A DNA stretch of 64,000 nucleotides from Bacteroidales bacterium Bact_19 (GCA_001603595.1 LUZK01000002.1:2884-66883), one strand, 5' to 3'. Positions 40,692-49,682 are shown, counted from the first letter of the stretch. A program made the numbers and translations. Notes: generated by a model not told the origin, from the sequence alone.

Positions 40692-40996
40692 TTTTCAAGG
40701 ATTAAATACACTGATGTTTGTTGTCCCATAAATCCGCTAACTACTCCGCTGATAAGCTCCATGTCGAGATTTTTGTCAAAAATCAGTGGTCTTTTGTTTG
40801 GCGGGCAATCCATCGCTTTGCCGAACTCGAAGCTGTGCAACATTACATTCCTGCCGTTGTCGAAATTCAACGACAGATTGACTCCGCCTGAACAAAAAGC
40901 ACCACGAACTCTCTTAAAATCTTTGACAGTGAACCTAAAGGATTCACTGCCTTGATTTTTCAAATCTCCTCCATATATCTTATGCAAAGAGTACAT
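40688..40996 (-). CDS. hypothetical small beta-rich protein
   Basis: The ORF has overlapping junctions on both sides. Confidence 0.5.
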   Translation of the reverse strand: MYSLHKIYGGDLKNQGSESFRFTVKDFKRVRGAFCSGGVNLSLNFDNGRNVMLHSFEFGKAMDCPPNKRPLIFDKNLDMELISGVVSGFMGQQTSVYLILEK

Positions 40997-41381
40997 TTAC
41001 TATCTCTTCTAAATTGTTGGTTAATAATACTTGCACCTGAAGATTGTAATTGGCTGCCCAATCTGGATCGCGGAAACGAATTATCATTTCGTCGCCTGAA
41101 ACCTGAATCGGTTTAAACCAGGAGAAAAATCTTTTATTTGGTGCTACTGAATCGGAACACATCAAGTTGGCAGCTTCGAATTGCTCGGGCAAAACATCTG
41201 CTCCTTTTACTTTCACCTGTTCCAGAACCGAATTTTCACCAGCATTAGCATTTGAGATTGCAATGCCGACAAGATATTTATAATCTTTGTCAAGCTCTTC
41301 CTTCAGCTCATGAACTTTGTCGTTTACTATGACTTTATCAATACACTGAATGATAAAGCTTGTTTTACTCAATTCTGTCAT
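40980..41381 (-). CDS. hypothetical small beta-rich protein
   Basis: The ORF has a 17-nt overlap with the downstream gene. Confidence 0.5.
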   Translation of the reverse strand: MTELSKTSFIIQCIDKVIVNDKVHELKEELDKDYKYLVGIAISNANAGENSVLEQVKVKGADVLPEQFEAANLMCSDSVAPNKRFFSWFKPIQVSGDEMIIRFRDPDWAANYNLQVQVLLTNNLEEIVNVLFA

Positions 41382-41383
41382 AA

Positions 41384-41644
41384 TTATTTCCCTCCTGATT
41401 TTAATCTTTCAGCCTTGATCTTAATTTCCTCAATCTCTTCGGTGTGCTTTTCCAATATCTTTGAATGAAGCTGCACCGACTTTGTGAGATACTCAATATC
41501 CTTCTGACTGCCTTTTATTGCAAGAGCAAGCTCTTGAATAATCTTTTTTAGTTCCCGAACATTGGCAACAAAAAAAGTGAGTGTGACGCCGTTTATCGAC
41601 AGCAACACACTGATTATGATCCCGAATACAGTTTCACTAGTCAT
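41384..41644 (-). CDS. hypothetical single-pass membrane protein with coiled-coil tail
   Basis: I chose the internal start MTSETVFGIIISVLL... This gives an 8-nt overlap with the upstream ORF instead of a 92-nt out-of-frame overlap. Confidence 0.45.
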   Translation of the reverse strand: MTSETVFGIIISVLLSINGVTLTFFVANVRELKKIIQELALAIKGSQKDIEYLTKSVQLHSKILEKHTEEIEEIKIKAERLKSGGK

Positions 41645-41891
41645 TTTGGTTGTCGTCTTTAATGTTTGTACTTCCGGTTCTTCGGTATAAAATTGCTTCA
41701 GCAAATTTCTGGAGTGCTTTTGGTGCAAATCCTGCGGTTATCAGCAGCGCATCCAACTCAAAGTATATCTTTCCTTCAATCATTTGCCAGGTGATGATGA
41801 CAAATGCAAAAATCAATGTCATCAACGATTGCAAACGCATCAGGGAATCTATTCCTTTACGCTCTTCCAGATATCTTTTGATTAAACTCAT
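41637..41891 (-). CDS. hypothetical small membrane protein (holin-like topology)
   Basis: 84 aa with hydrophobic segments LMTLIFAFVIITW and ALLITAGFA. Confidence 0.45.
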   Translation of the reverse strand: MSLIKRYLEERKGIDSLMRLQSLMTLIFAFVIITWQMIEGKIYFELDALLITAGFAPKALQKFAEAILYRRTGSTNIKDDNQND

Positions 41892-41911
41892 ACCTTGATT
41901 TGGTTTTGGTA

Positions 41912-42280
41912 TTATTCAAAATCTTGATTAAAAGTCGTTGTTTGACCTTTTTCAATTTTTACATTTTGAGTTTTTGTGACACCTTCAAACGTAACACTTA
42001 CAGTATAGTCTCCTGCAACAAGCTCCATCTGATAAAAACCATTATCATCTGTTATTGCAGTAAATTTTGTTCCAGATCCATTCACAGCTTGTACTTCAAG
42101 ATTTTTTAGCGGGATAGATACTTTGGTAATTTTCCCACTTAATTTTCCCTTGTTTAACACTTCGCTGATTCCACCAACGCCGCTAACAGCATTGTATAAA
42201 TCAGGATTTTGGCGGATTGATCTTGCCAAATCGGCTCTTGCCTCTTTCGAAAGGGCTTTTATCGCACTCTTTAAATCCAT
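41912..42280 (-). CDS. protein with CarboxypepD_reg-like beta-sandwich
   Basis: Contains ...LSGKITKVSIPLKNLEVQAV...TDDNGFYQMELVAGDYTVSV... Confidence 0.55.
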   Translation of the reverse strand: MDLKSAIKALSKEARADLARSIRQNPDLYNAVSGVGGISEVLNKGKLSGKITKVSIPLKNLEVQAVNGSGTKFTAITDDNGFYQMELVAGDYTVSVTFEGVTKTQNVKIEKGQTTTFNQDFE

Positions 42281-42342
42281 AGCTCTTTGTTTTTAATGAT
42301 TAAAAAATAACAAAGAGGTCCGGTTGCCCGGATCCTCATTCG

Positions 42343-42984
42343 TTAGTAACTCTTTACCTCAGTGCCGATAAGTTTCAGCTTCACAAAACCACTCATGCTT
42401 GTTGGAGCATCTTCGATGTCGAAAGAGATGGTTTTCTTAGGCACAATCAGCTTTGGGTTGTTGAGGATGATGATTCCGAAATCTCTGTTTACATTGTAAC
42501 CAAACACAGGTGCCTGGAACATGTCAACAGGGTTTTTACTCATTATCTCGCGAGTTGCGATCTTAAAGGTGAACACGGCATTTGCCAAGAAATCTGGAAA
42601 GAGTTCGTCGAAACGTCCAGTTGCTCCACTTCTGTATTGCAAACTAATTGCAGATAAAAGGAAGAACTGATTCTCTGCCAGCTCGGCATCGTCTATGTTA
42701 CGAAGCCCGGCTTCACTCTTTTCGTTTTTCTTGATGATGTCGGTACTGGTTCCGGCAAGTTCCCTGATCACAAAATATTCCTTGTCGGAAATTTGTGCTC
42801 TGTCTTCCTTCAACATCTTTTGCATGTTGGGAGGAAGATTCGGAATTCTCTCGATCATCTGTTTTCTGAACAAACTTGCACCAAGTTTTGAAAACTCTGC
42901 TGCCTTTTTTCTACTCTCGGCTCCAACTTCTAAGTTGCCGCTTAATCCGCTGAGGATGATTTCCTCACTTGTCATTTCGCTCAT
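42343..42984 (-). CDS. hypothetical protein, first gene after the iteron-rich intergenic region
   Basis: 213-aa ORF with a beta-rich C-terminal half. No motif recognised. Confidence 0.55.
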   Translation of the reverse strand: MSEMTSEEIILSGLSGNLEVGAESRKKAAEFSKLGASLFRKQMIERIPNLPPNMQKMLKEDRAQISDKEYFVIRELAGTSTDIIKKNEKSEAGLRNIDDAELAENQFFLLSAISLQYRSGATGRFDELFPDFLANAVFTFKIATREIMSKNPVDMFQAPVFGYNVNRDFGIIILNNPKLIVPKKTISFDIEDAPTSMSGFVKLKLIGTEVKSY

Positions 42985-43026
42985 TTTAGTAATTATTTTA
43001 ATTAAACATTAGTAAGTAATTTCTTT

Positions 43027-43157
43027 GCATGGCGCATGGCGCATAGGGCATGGGGCTGTTTGTGCTAAAATTTTACATTTTTCTTTTTGCATAATACTAT
43101 TTTTGGCACAAATGTCCTGCTCACTGCTATTTGAGCTCCATGCTCCATGCTCCATGC
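43027..43157. repeat. inverted arrays of the heptamer GCATGGN
   Basis: GCATGGC GCATGGC GCATAGG GCATGGG lies at 43027-43054. Three CTCCATG units (the reverse complement of CATGGAG) lie at 43136-43156, separated by about 80 bp of AT-rich spacer. Confidence 0.75.
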
Positions 43158-43200
43158 TTTTCATTATCACAATTTTATTTTTAAAATCAACTTTCCACTT

Positions 43201-43243
43201 AAGTACTTTAGGCACTTTAGGCACTCCAAGTACTCTAGGCACT
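43201..43243. promoter_or_regulatory. iteron-like direct repeats
   Basis: TAGGCACT occurs at 43209, 43218 and 43236. AAGTACT occurs at 43201 and 43228. All lie in the 262-bp non-coding gap inside the otherwise gapless module. Confidence 0.6.
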
Positions 43244-43246
43244 TTT

Positions 43247-43498
43247 TTACCTGTAAAGCTCACTCGAAGCCTGTCTGATGCAGTTTTTCCACTTCATCTT
43301 TGGATGTGTTTCCCTGATTTTCTTTGCCCTTTCGGTAATCATTTTAAATCTGGATGACACTTCTGCATTTTTCTTTTTGCCTGCAAGTGTTCTATACTTT
43401 TTGGGCTTAGCTGTGATGCTTTTTCTTTTCATTCCGCTTACTGGTGTTTTGGTCTCAACTACGCTTTTTTTTTTACTGCTTTCCAGGCTTCTTTCCAA
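43247..43498 (-). CDS. small, extremely basic hypothetical protein
   Basis: 83 aa and Lys/Arg-rich (KKKS...KRKSITAKPKKYRTLAGKKKN...). It overlaps the end of the 732-aa gene by 40 nt. Confidence 0.45.
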   Translation of the reverse strand: MERSLESSKKKSVVETKTPVSGMKRKSITAKPKKYRTLAGKKKNAEVSSRFKMITERAKKIRETHPKMKWKNCIRQASSELYR

Positions 43499-45657
43499 GC
43501 TTTTGATCCTCCTCCTTTTTCTTTAGCAATTTGTCGCACTTGACTGAACATTTGATTATATTCGTGTGCTGCTGCTATCTGCTTTGGAGATAGTGGTCTG
43601 GCATAAGCTTCGGTGAAAATCTTTTTGTAATATTTCTTTCGGTGAACTTCATCATAAGGCTTTTTATCCTTTTTGATTTCTTCACGAACGAGTGTTGCGT
43701 AAGCTTTGCTGTTCAAGCCCTGGCGTTTGAGGTAGTTTGCCTGCTTTTGAGAGATTGGAGCTTCACCAAGTCCTCTGAGCGATCGCTGGCGAATTTTCCA
43801 GATTACCAATGCTGCAATTCCAATGGTGACAATAACTGCCACAATTATCAGCATAGTTTTGTTTTTGATCAAGAAATACTTGAATCTGCTGATTTCGTTA
43901 CCGTCTTTGTCACGGTAGATTTTTGTCTCTTTACCGTTCTCATCAATAACGGTTTCAACACTTACACCTGACTTTTCGTCGGTCTGAACATTGGATGTTG
44001 CAGCAGCTGCTCCATCTGGTGTTTCTTTTTCTGATCCTGTTGCCATATACTTTGATTTTGTTTGTGTATTACTTGCCGGACTTGGAGCCTCTTTTGTTTC
44101 GTCAACGATGCTGCCGTCCGGTCTTTTCAATTTCAGATTTTTAACTATCGCTATAATGCTGCCGAATACCTGGGTCACGGCAGCAATTATCGCTGGAGCA
44201 ATCCCGAGCTGTCCTTTTAGTCCGGCTTTTCTTGCTCCACGACCATTCATAACCATAGTCTTAAAATAGGCTTTGTCGCCTCCTAATGAATGCCACTTTT
44301 GTTCTGCCTTATCCTTTGCATCAACAAACTGTTTCCATTCTGCTGTGGTGTAACCAAGCTTTTTAGCATCGGCTTCACTGGCATAACCAATGGCGAGTTT
44401 CTCGGCCATAAACAATGCGTTTGCTCTCAGAAAAGCTTCCATTGACTTTCTTAATGTGAAAGTTGCTGGATTGTACTTATTAAGTGCATGACCAACTTTT
44501 GCAATCTTTGGATTGTTTTCTTTAAACTTCTGAACGCCTTGTTTTACTTTGGCTCCGATTTTCTTCAGAAGGCCGCCAGATTTTGGAGCATTAGGATTTT
44601 TCCGTAGCTTGATGGCTGCAAGTCCTTCAAGATCGTCTGGCGAATACTTGTCGCTGATCAGTTCTTGAAGCATATCGTTGTCGGCCAAAACTTTGAGATA
44701 ATACAATTCTTCATCGCCATCGCCTGACAATCCTTTTACAGATTCGTCGAGTCCAAATTGAATGGCTTTGTAGAAATTCTGGTAGAGTGTTCCCTTGCTG
44801 ATGGCGTTGCGGATGGCTTCATCACGGCTTTCGTCATCGGCAAAGCTGCTGATGATTTCGTTAACAAGAGCAAGTTCTTGTTGGTTGTCGTTAAGTTGTG
44901 ACATCTCGGATGGACTGGTCACTTCTTTTTCGAGTGTTTGCTTTGCATCCACCAATTGTTTTAGGATGATATTGCGCTGTAGTTCCGACCCAGTTATCAC
45001 TGAATCGAAATCATCTTCTGGACCAACAATTGCAACATTGCCAAGTATGCCCTGGACAATCTCAAGTTGGTCGTCCTCCACATAAGCACCGGACAGGTTC
45101 TCCGGATCAAAATTCTGTGTGAGCTCGCTGATCATGTCAGCGGAAACTGAGCCTAATTCTTCTAATCTCATGTCAATAATTATTTGATTCTTAATCGGTT
45201 TTGCTTCAAAATTGAAATATGGAATTTCTGGAACGCAGTCAATCACGTATCTTGTTCCATCGCTGCTGTATGCTACTGGGTAAATATGTTGCCACTGACT
45301 TTCTTTTTTATAAGCAGCGATAACAAGCTCGTGTTTGTGGCCAAGATTTGTCAGGATTGCTGAAATGAGTATGCTCATATCATCGCAATCGCCAATCTGA
45401 TCGTAAAGTGTTCGTTGTGGGGTGCGCAATTGTTCTCTTCCTGGCTGATCGTTTTGATAACGGATGTTTTGACGGACAAAGTTCCAGATACCTTCGAAAG
45501 TTGACTTGCAATTATTTGCCTGAAGATTGAACGCCAGTTCCTGAACTGCTGGATAATTCTCTCCAACTATTCTCTTGATGGCATCAATGGTGTCGTAAAC
45601 ATCTGCATATTGCTTGAGTGTTGTACTTTTTCCCGAAACTGTATAGTCTTTCATCAT
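43459..45657 (-). CDS. large membrane protein with N-terminal transglutaminase-like cysteine protease core
   Basis: The Cys context is YDQIGDCDDMSILISAILTNLGH, the His context is ...WQHIYPV... and the Asp context is ...YVIDCV... TM segments are GIAPAIIAAVTQVFGSIIAIV and MLIIVAVIVTIGIAALVIW. The tail is very basic. Confidence 0.7.
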   Translation of the reverse strand: MMKDYTVSGKSTTLKQYADVYDTIDAIKRIVGENYPAVQELAFNLQANNCKSTFEGIWNFVRQNIRYQNDQPGREQLRTPQRTLYDQIGDCDDMSILISAILTNLGHKHELVIAAYKKESQWQHIYPVAYSSDGTRYVIDCVPEIPYFNFEAKPIKNQIIIDMRLEELGSVSADMISELTQNFDPENLSGAYVEDDQLEIVQGILGNVAIVGPEDDFDSVITGSELQRNIILKQLVDAKQTLEKEVTSPSEMSQLNDNQQELALVNEIISSFADDESRDEAIRNAISKGTLYQNFYKAIQFGLDESVKGLSGDGDEELYYLKVLADNDMLQELISDKYSPDDLEGLAAIKLRKNPNAPKSGGLLKKIGAKVKQGVQKFKENNPKIAKVGHALNKYNPATFTLRKSMEAFLRANALFMAEKLAIGYASEADAKKLGYTTAEWKQFVDAKDKAEQKWHSLGGDKAYFKTMVMNGRGARKAGLKGQLGIAPAIIAAVTQVFGSIIAIVKNLKLKRPDGSIVDETKEAPSPASNTQTKSKYMATGSEKETPDGAAAATSNVQTDEKSGVSVETVIDENGKETKIYRDKDGNEISRFKYFLIKNKTMLIIVAVIVTIGIAALVIWKIRQRSLRGLGEAPISQKQANYLKRQGLNSKAYATLVREEIKKDKKPYDEVHRKKYYKKIFTEAYARPLSPKQIAAAHEYNQMFSQVRQIAKEKGGGSKAWKEAWKAVKKKA

Positions 45658-45741
45658 AAAATCAATTTATTTTCAGCGGTATGATGGAACCTCCATCTCT
45701 AATCGACAACATTTTTTTATTTGTCATTTTTAATGGAGGTT

Positions 45742-46299
45742 TCATAATAGCAGATAGTCTTCGTTAACACTAAGTGTGATTCCCTCAGCCTGGATAAAGC
45801 CAATAAGTTTTACTTTTAGCTGTTTCAGATGCACTTGATTCCAGTATGTTGCTGGTTTTGAAACCACCTGCCATACTGTTGCATCTGGCGGCAACACTTC
45901 CGATTCCTTAAAAAGCGACAATGAATTGAATAGGTCAACATTGTATTCCAATGGAATATTTGTTACCTGTCGATTTTTAAGAACTAAGTTTCCTGGAAGT
46001 ATGTTTGTTTGCTCGGCTACCAGCTTCTGGCTCTTTGGCGAATAGCAGTCCAAACTAAGTTGATTGAGAGTGTAATCTTTACCTGAGAAATTGCGGATCT
46101 CGATGTATCCTTTCATTTTAAAACCACTGGTGAAAATGTCCACCAAATCTTTAAAGCTTTCAAGCTTCTTCGCAGCTTTAAGCGAGGTATCTCCAAGCTT
46201 CAGCTTTTCGGTGTCCTTCACCCTCTTAAAAAACTTCCAGGCTATTCCGAAAGTCAGAATAACCGCTACAATAATCAGGATATGTTTCAGCTTTGGCAT
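45742..46299 (-). CDS. hypothetical N-terminally anchored protein (LEA_2/beta-sandwich-like?)
   Basis: Has the TM segment ILIIVAVILTFGIAW. The remainder is beta-rich. Confidence 0.5.
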   Translation of the reverse strand: MPKLKHILIIVAVILTFGIAWKFFKRVKDTEKLKLGDTSLKAAKKLESFKDLVDIFTSGFKMKGYIEIRNFSGKDYTLNQLSLDCYSPKSQKLVAEQTNILPGNLVLKNRQVTNIPLEYNVDLFNSLSLFKESEVLPPDATVWQVVSKPATYWNQVHLKQLKVKLIGFIQAEGITLSVNEDYLLL

Positions 46300-46425
46300 A
46301 TTCGCATTAAATTCTTAATGCAATAATATGGTGAGTGAAATTAACGCTTTCCGTTAAATGAGGTTATTGGTGAGTAATGGGGAGTTATTTCTGGTAAGGA
46401 GTGGTGAAATAAGAATAGTAGCCGA

Positions 46426-47397
46426 TTATTCATCATATTCAAATAAATTAAAATCTATTTTTTGATATGGTGAATGATTATTTGCATTCAAAACAGTATA
46501 CTTTTTTAATTTATCTAAATTCTCTTGCTTTATTTCTTGTAATAAGTCTGGAGATAATCCCCAATTCTCAATATGTCCAACAAACAACCTTGTTAGTTGT
46601 TTTTCAAACTCTGTTTCGTCAAGTCCTTCCCAACTATTCACATATTCCTTTATCCAGTCATTTACGTATTCATTGCAATACCCAACTATTATATTTGTAT
46701 TGTTGGAATATGGTATTACATGAATAAACACATCATTTAGAGGTTCAACTTGTCTTGGGTTGGTTATTAAATTTTCTATTGGGCTAAAAACTGCAGAACC
46801 GTATATGTCTAAAAACGGATACTTGTACACTTTGAATGTAAATCTTGAAGTTGCATCTTGCAATTCCTCTTCAAAAATCTTCTTGATTCTGTCCAAATCT
46901 TTAACTCCAAGCTCATTTCCATCCTTTGAAATCCTAATTGAATCTAAACCAGCATCACCTCTTAAAGTTTCCGCATTTAAAATCCTTGAGAATTGTTCAA
47001 TGTTAACTAGTTTTTTTCGTATTTCAGCACAAACTACTCTGTAACTTAACAATAACTGGACTTGATATGATTCCAAATCAATGGGGTGCGTTTCAACTTC
47101 CTTAAATATTGAAGAGTCATGGTTATTACAAAATATCGGGAGTGAAAATGCCTTCCGTTTTCCAATACGTTTCATTTCAAATGGTGGCATATTCTTTTTC
47201 CACGAAAAAGGGTCAGTCGGTTTGAGTTCAATTAAATGACCGTCAACAGAAACGTTATCTAAAATGCCATTTTCTTGTAACATGTGTGAATTTATTGCAT
47301 TCTTTTCGCATCCATCAATTAAGCATTTCCATGTTTTAGAATGTACATTCTTAATAATATTTGCAATTACTTGCTGTTTTTTTGAAGGTCTTGACAT
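46426..47397 (-). CDS. hypothetical protein with N-terminal C-x4-C-x6-SH and CNNHD motifs
   Basis: 323-aa ORF containing WKCLIDGCEKNAINSHML and ...FSLPIFCNNHDSSIFKEVE... It is isolated by 126-bp and about 280-bp non-coding flanks. Confidence 0.55.
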   Translation of the reverse strand: MSRPSKKQQVIANIIKNVHSKTWKCLIDGCEKNAINSHMLQENGILDNVSVDGHLIELKPTDPFSWKKNMPPFEMKRIGKRKAFSLPIFCNNHDSSIFKEVETHPIDLESYQVQLLLSYRVVCAEIRKKLVNIEQFSRILNAETLRGDAGLDSIRISKDGNELGVKDLDRIKKIFEEELQDATSRFTFKVYKYPFLDIYGSAVFSPIENLITNPRQVEPLNDVFIHVIPYSNNTNIIVGYCNEYVNDWIKEYVNSWEGLDETEFEKQLTRLFVGHIENWGLSPDLLQEIKQENLDKLKKYTVLNANNHSPYQKIDFNLFEYDE

Positions 47398-47678
47398 AAT
47401 TTTCTTTATTTGAACCTAACTTCTCTATTTACACACAAATTAAATAACATTTGTAAACCAATTTTCATTTATTTAATGTTTTTTTTCAAGCCTTACAAGA
47501 GCATTTTTTAAATCAATTATAACTCCAAATTATAAATATGTATTTATAAAATTGAAATGCATTTGCTAAACAAAATTTTTTCCATAATGCTTAATTATTT
47601 ACGGCCTGTAAATATAGTATTTCCATATCAAAATGTAACGCTATTGTGAAAAAAATAATGAACTTTTATAAACAGCCT

Positions 47679-47823
47679 TTATCTAAGAAACTCCTTAATC
47701 ATCTTTACCTGCTTCGGCATTAAAATCCTTAACCTCTGTTTTCCTGGGCTGAGTTTGAGGAGTTGTTTGCGGATTGGAGTGAGCCAATTGTAGATGGTGT
47801 TGCAAATAGTTGGACTACAAATA
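47679..47823 (-). pseudogene. 5'-truncated copy A of the DUF4248-like gene 3' end
   Basis: The minus-strand translation is ...TIYNWLTPIRKQLLKLSPGKQRLRILMPKQVKMIKEFLR*. There is no start codon. Confidence 0.8.
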
Positions 47824-48193
47824 CAATTTAAAAGGGTACGCGCAAAGCCTACCTACCATTTACCCAATCTCCAAAAATAGAATAAGTTAAAATTAAAAAA
47901 AAATAGGAAATACTCTTAATTATTGTAGTCAATCCCCTTTTTTGTGCTTGTGTGGCTTAAGCGAAGGTGTATTCCCTGGAGTTTCCTTATTGTCTCTTTG
48001 TCGCCTATCAGGCTTACCTGTTGACTTAGCGGTTCGTTTTGGACCTGTTTTTATTCCCATAGCATTAAATGTTTAATTTGTAATCCATAAATAATTTCCA
48101 AAATACAACATGCAACTAACAAAATATCTATATTTTATCTGACTTCAATAATTGTTAAAAAAAACCAATACAGAAGGTTAATTTATTCAGTAT

Positions 48194-48739
48194 TTACCAT
48201 TTATCATCTTCTGCTAACTTAGTAAAATTAAAAATATTACTAAAAGTGAAATTTAAGATAAAACTTGGATTTTTGACAAATGCAGATTTCATAACATTTT
48301 GACCATTTTTTAAAGCAAATGTTTCCAAAGTAGTTCTTTCACCTTCTTTTGATAACCCATCGTCATATTTCTGGGTAAGCATAATATTTTTCAAAGTCAC
48401 CCTATACCTGTTTTCTTTAAATTCAATTATGACAAATCCATCAAAAAAACTTCTCGCTATGTACATTGGACATACCATTTCACTAAAACCTGCACCTTTA
48501 AAATCTGCATCTATTGGCTTTAAATTCCCATAAATTTTATTTTCTTCTATTTGATAATTTTCTAAAAATCCAGACTCTTTTACCAAAGTAATTAATTCAA
48601 TTTCAGTTAAGTCAGTCTCAAATACTTTCTGCCAAAAAACAAAATTATTCTCAGCGACAAAATTGTTGCTCGTATCTTGAGCAGATGTATCGAAAATTAT
48701 AAGAATAAAAGTCAATACTAGTAATATTTTCACTTTCAT
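48194..48739 (-). CDS. secreted hypothetical protein
   Basis: Has the signal peptide MKVKILLVLTFILIIFDTSAQ. Confidence 0.5.
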   Translation of the reverse strand: MKVKILLVLTFILIIFDTSAQDTSNNFVAENNFVFWQKVFETDLTEIELITLVKESGFLENYQIEENKIYGNLKPIDADFKGAGFSEMVCPMYIARSFFDGFVIIEFKENRYRVTLKNIMLTQKYDDGLSKEGERTTLETFALKNGQNVMKSAFVKNPSFILNFTFSNIFNFTKLAEDDKW

Positions 48740-48818
48740 AATGACCCAATTTTTTAATTAGTATAAAGTTCTAATTCGAAATAAATGTAACAAACTTTTA
48801 CAAGTGTTATTATTGAAT

Positions 48819-49682
48819 TTAATTTTGCTTTATTTCCTTTGTCTTAGTTTTAAAAACTGTTCCAGTGGCAACTCCACCAAATGAGAAAATCATTCTATCT
48901 GTCAATCCTGCAATTTCAATTTGATTATCAATAGGAAAATACTTCCTTGCTTCAAAAAAGAAACTAAAATCGTTTAGTGGAATGGAAATTTTAAAGCCCC
49001 CGCCCAAAATATTTCGACTTAATTTTGAATTTGATCGGTTCAATTCTTCAAACGAAGTCCCTGTTGCAATATTTTCATAAACATACATATAATTTAATTG
49101 TGGGCTTATTGTAAAACCCACAAGTCCAAAATCGGTATTCGTGATATATCCAAACTGATATCCAAAATTAATATTGAAATTTCTAAAACCTGTGTTTAAT
49201 GGATTTATACTATTCGCCAGTGCATAAGGTGCCATAGACGCATCAACAAAAAACAAATTTAGAAGCCTTGAATTATAATCAATACCTGCTTGCCTAATGT
49301 TTGATAATCTGAATCCTATCAGCATTTGAAATTCATTGTCCACAAAAGCTAGTTTCCTCATGTCAATTGAATCACCTGAAATATAATTTGCTTTTAGAAA
49401 AGGATTATATTTGAAAATTGTTGTCAAAGTTGTTAATTTATCTTTCCCAGATGATTTTGCTTTACCATTTGATAAGCCAATATTCCAATCCAAAGCAACT
49501 TGTCCAGATGTCGAACTTTTTTCAGATGTAAACTCATACAAATTCCCACCACCAACACCTGAAATTGCAAATGTATTTACTCTTGGGTTATAAAGAATTC
49601 CAATAGGTGAGGGTTGTTGAGAATACACGCTTACTGCTACTATAATACAAGTAAATAATAAAACTAACTTCTTTTTGCTCAT
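48819..49682 (-). CDS. secreted hypothetical protein, possibly an outer-membrane beta-barrel
   Basis: The start is taken at MSKKKLVLLFTCIIVAVSVYSQ. Alternating beta-strand patterns are present throughout. Confidence 0.5.
   Translation of the reverse strand: MSKKKLVLLFTCIIVAVSVYSQQPSPIGILYNPRVNTFAISGVGGGNLYEFTSEKSSTSGQVALDWNIGLSNGKAKSSGKDKLTTLTTIFKYNPFLKANYISGDSIDMRKLAFVDNEFQMLIGFRLSNIRQAGIDYNSRLLNLFFVDASMAPYALANSINPLNTGFRNFNINFGYQFGYITNTDFGLVGFTISPQLNYMYVYENIATGTSFEELNRSNSKLSRNILGGGFKISIPLNDFSFFFEARKYFPIDNQIEIAGLTDRMIFSFGGVATGTVFKTKTKEIKQN

Noticed and set aside
41645-41728. N-terminal 28-aa extension of ORF 41384-41728.
   Set aside because: It would overlap the upstream 84-aa gene by 92 nt out of frame. 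The internal Met gives the 8-nt overlap typical of the rest of the module.
43009-43357. ORF-track ORFs 43009-43263 (-) and 43025-43357 (+) across the module's intergenic region.
   Set aside because: Their sequences are direct translations of the heptamer and iteron repeats (HGAWRIGHGA.., ..VLGVPKVPKVLK..). There are mutually antisense ORFs over the same repeats, and no independent coding signal.
47929-48060. 43-aa basic ORF (MGIKTGPKRTAKSTGKPDRRQRDNK...) in the gap between the 181-aa gene and repeat A.
   Set aside because: It is short with low-complexity basic composition and has no recognisable start context or homology that I can verify. It is noted only as a possibility.
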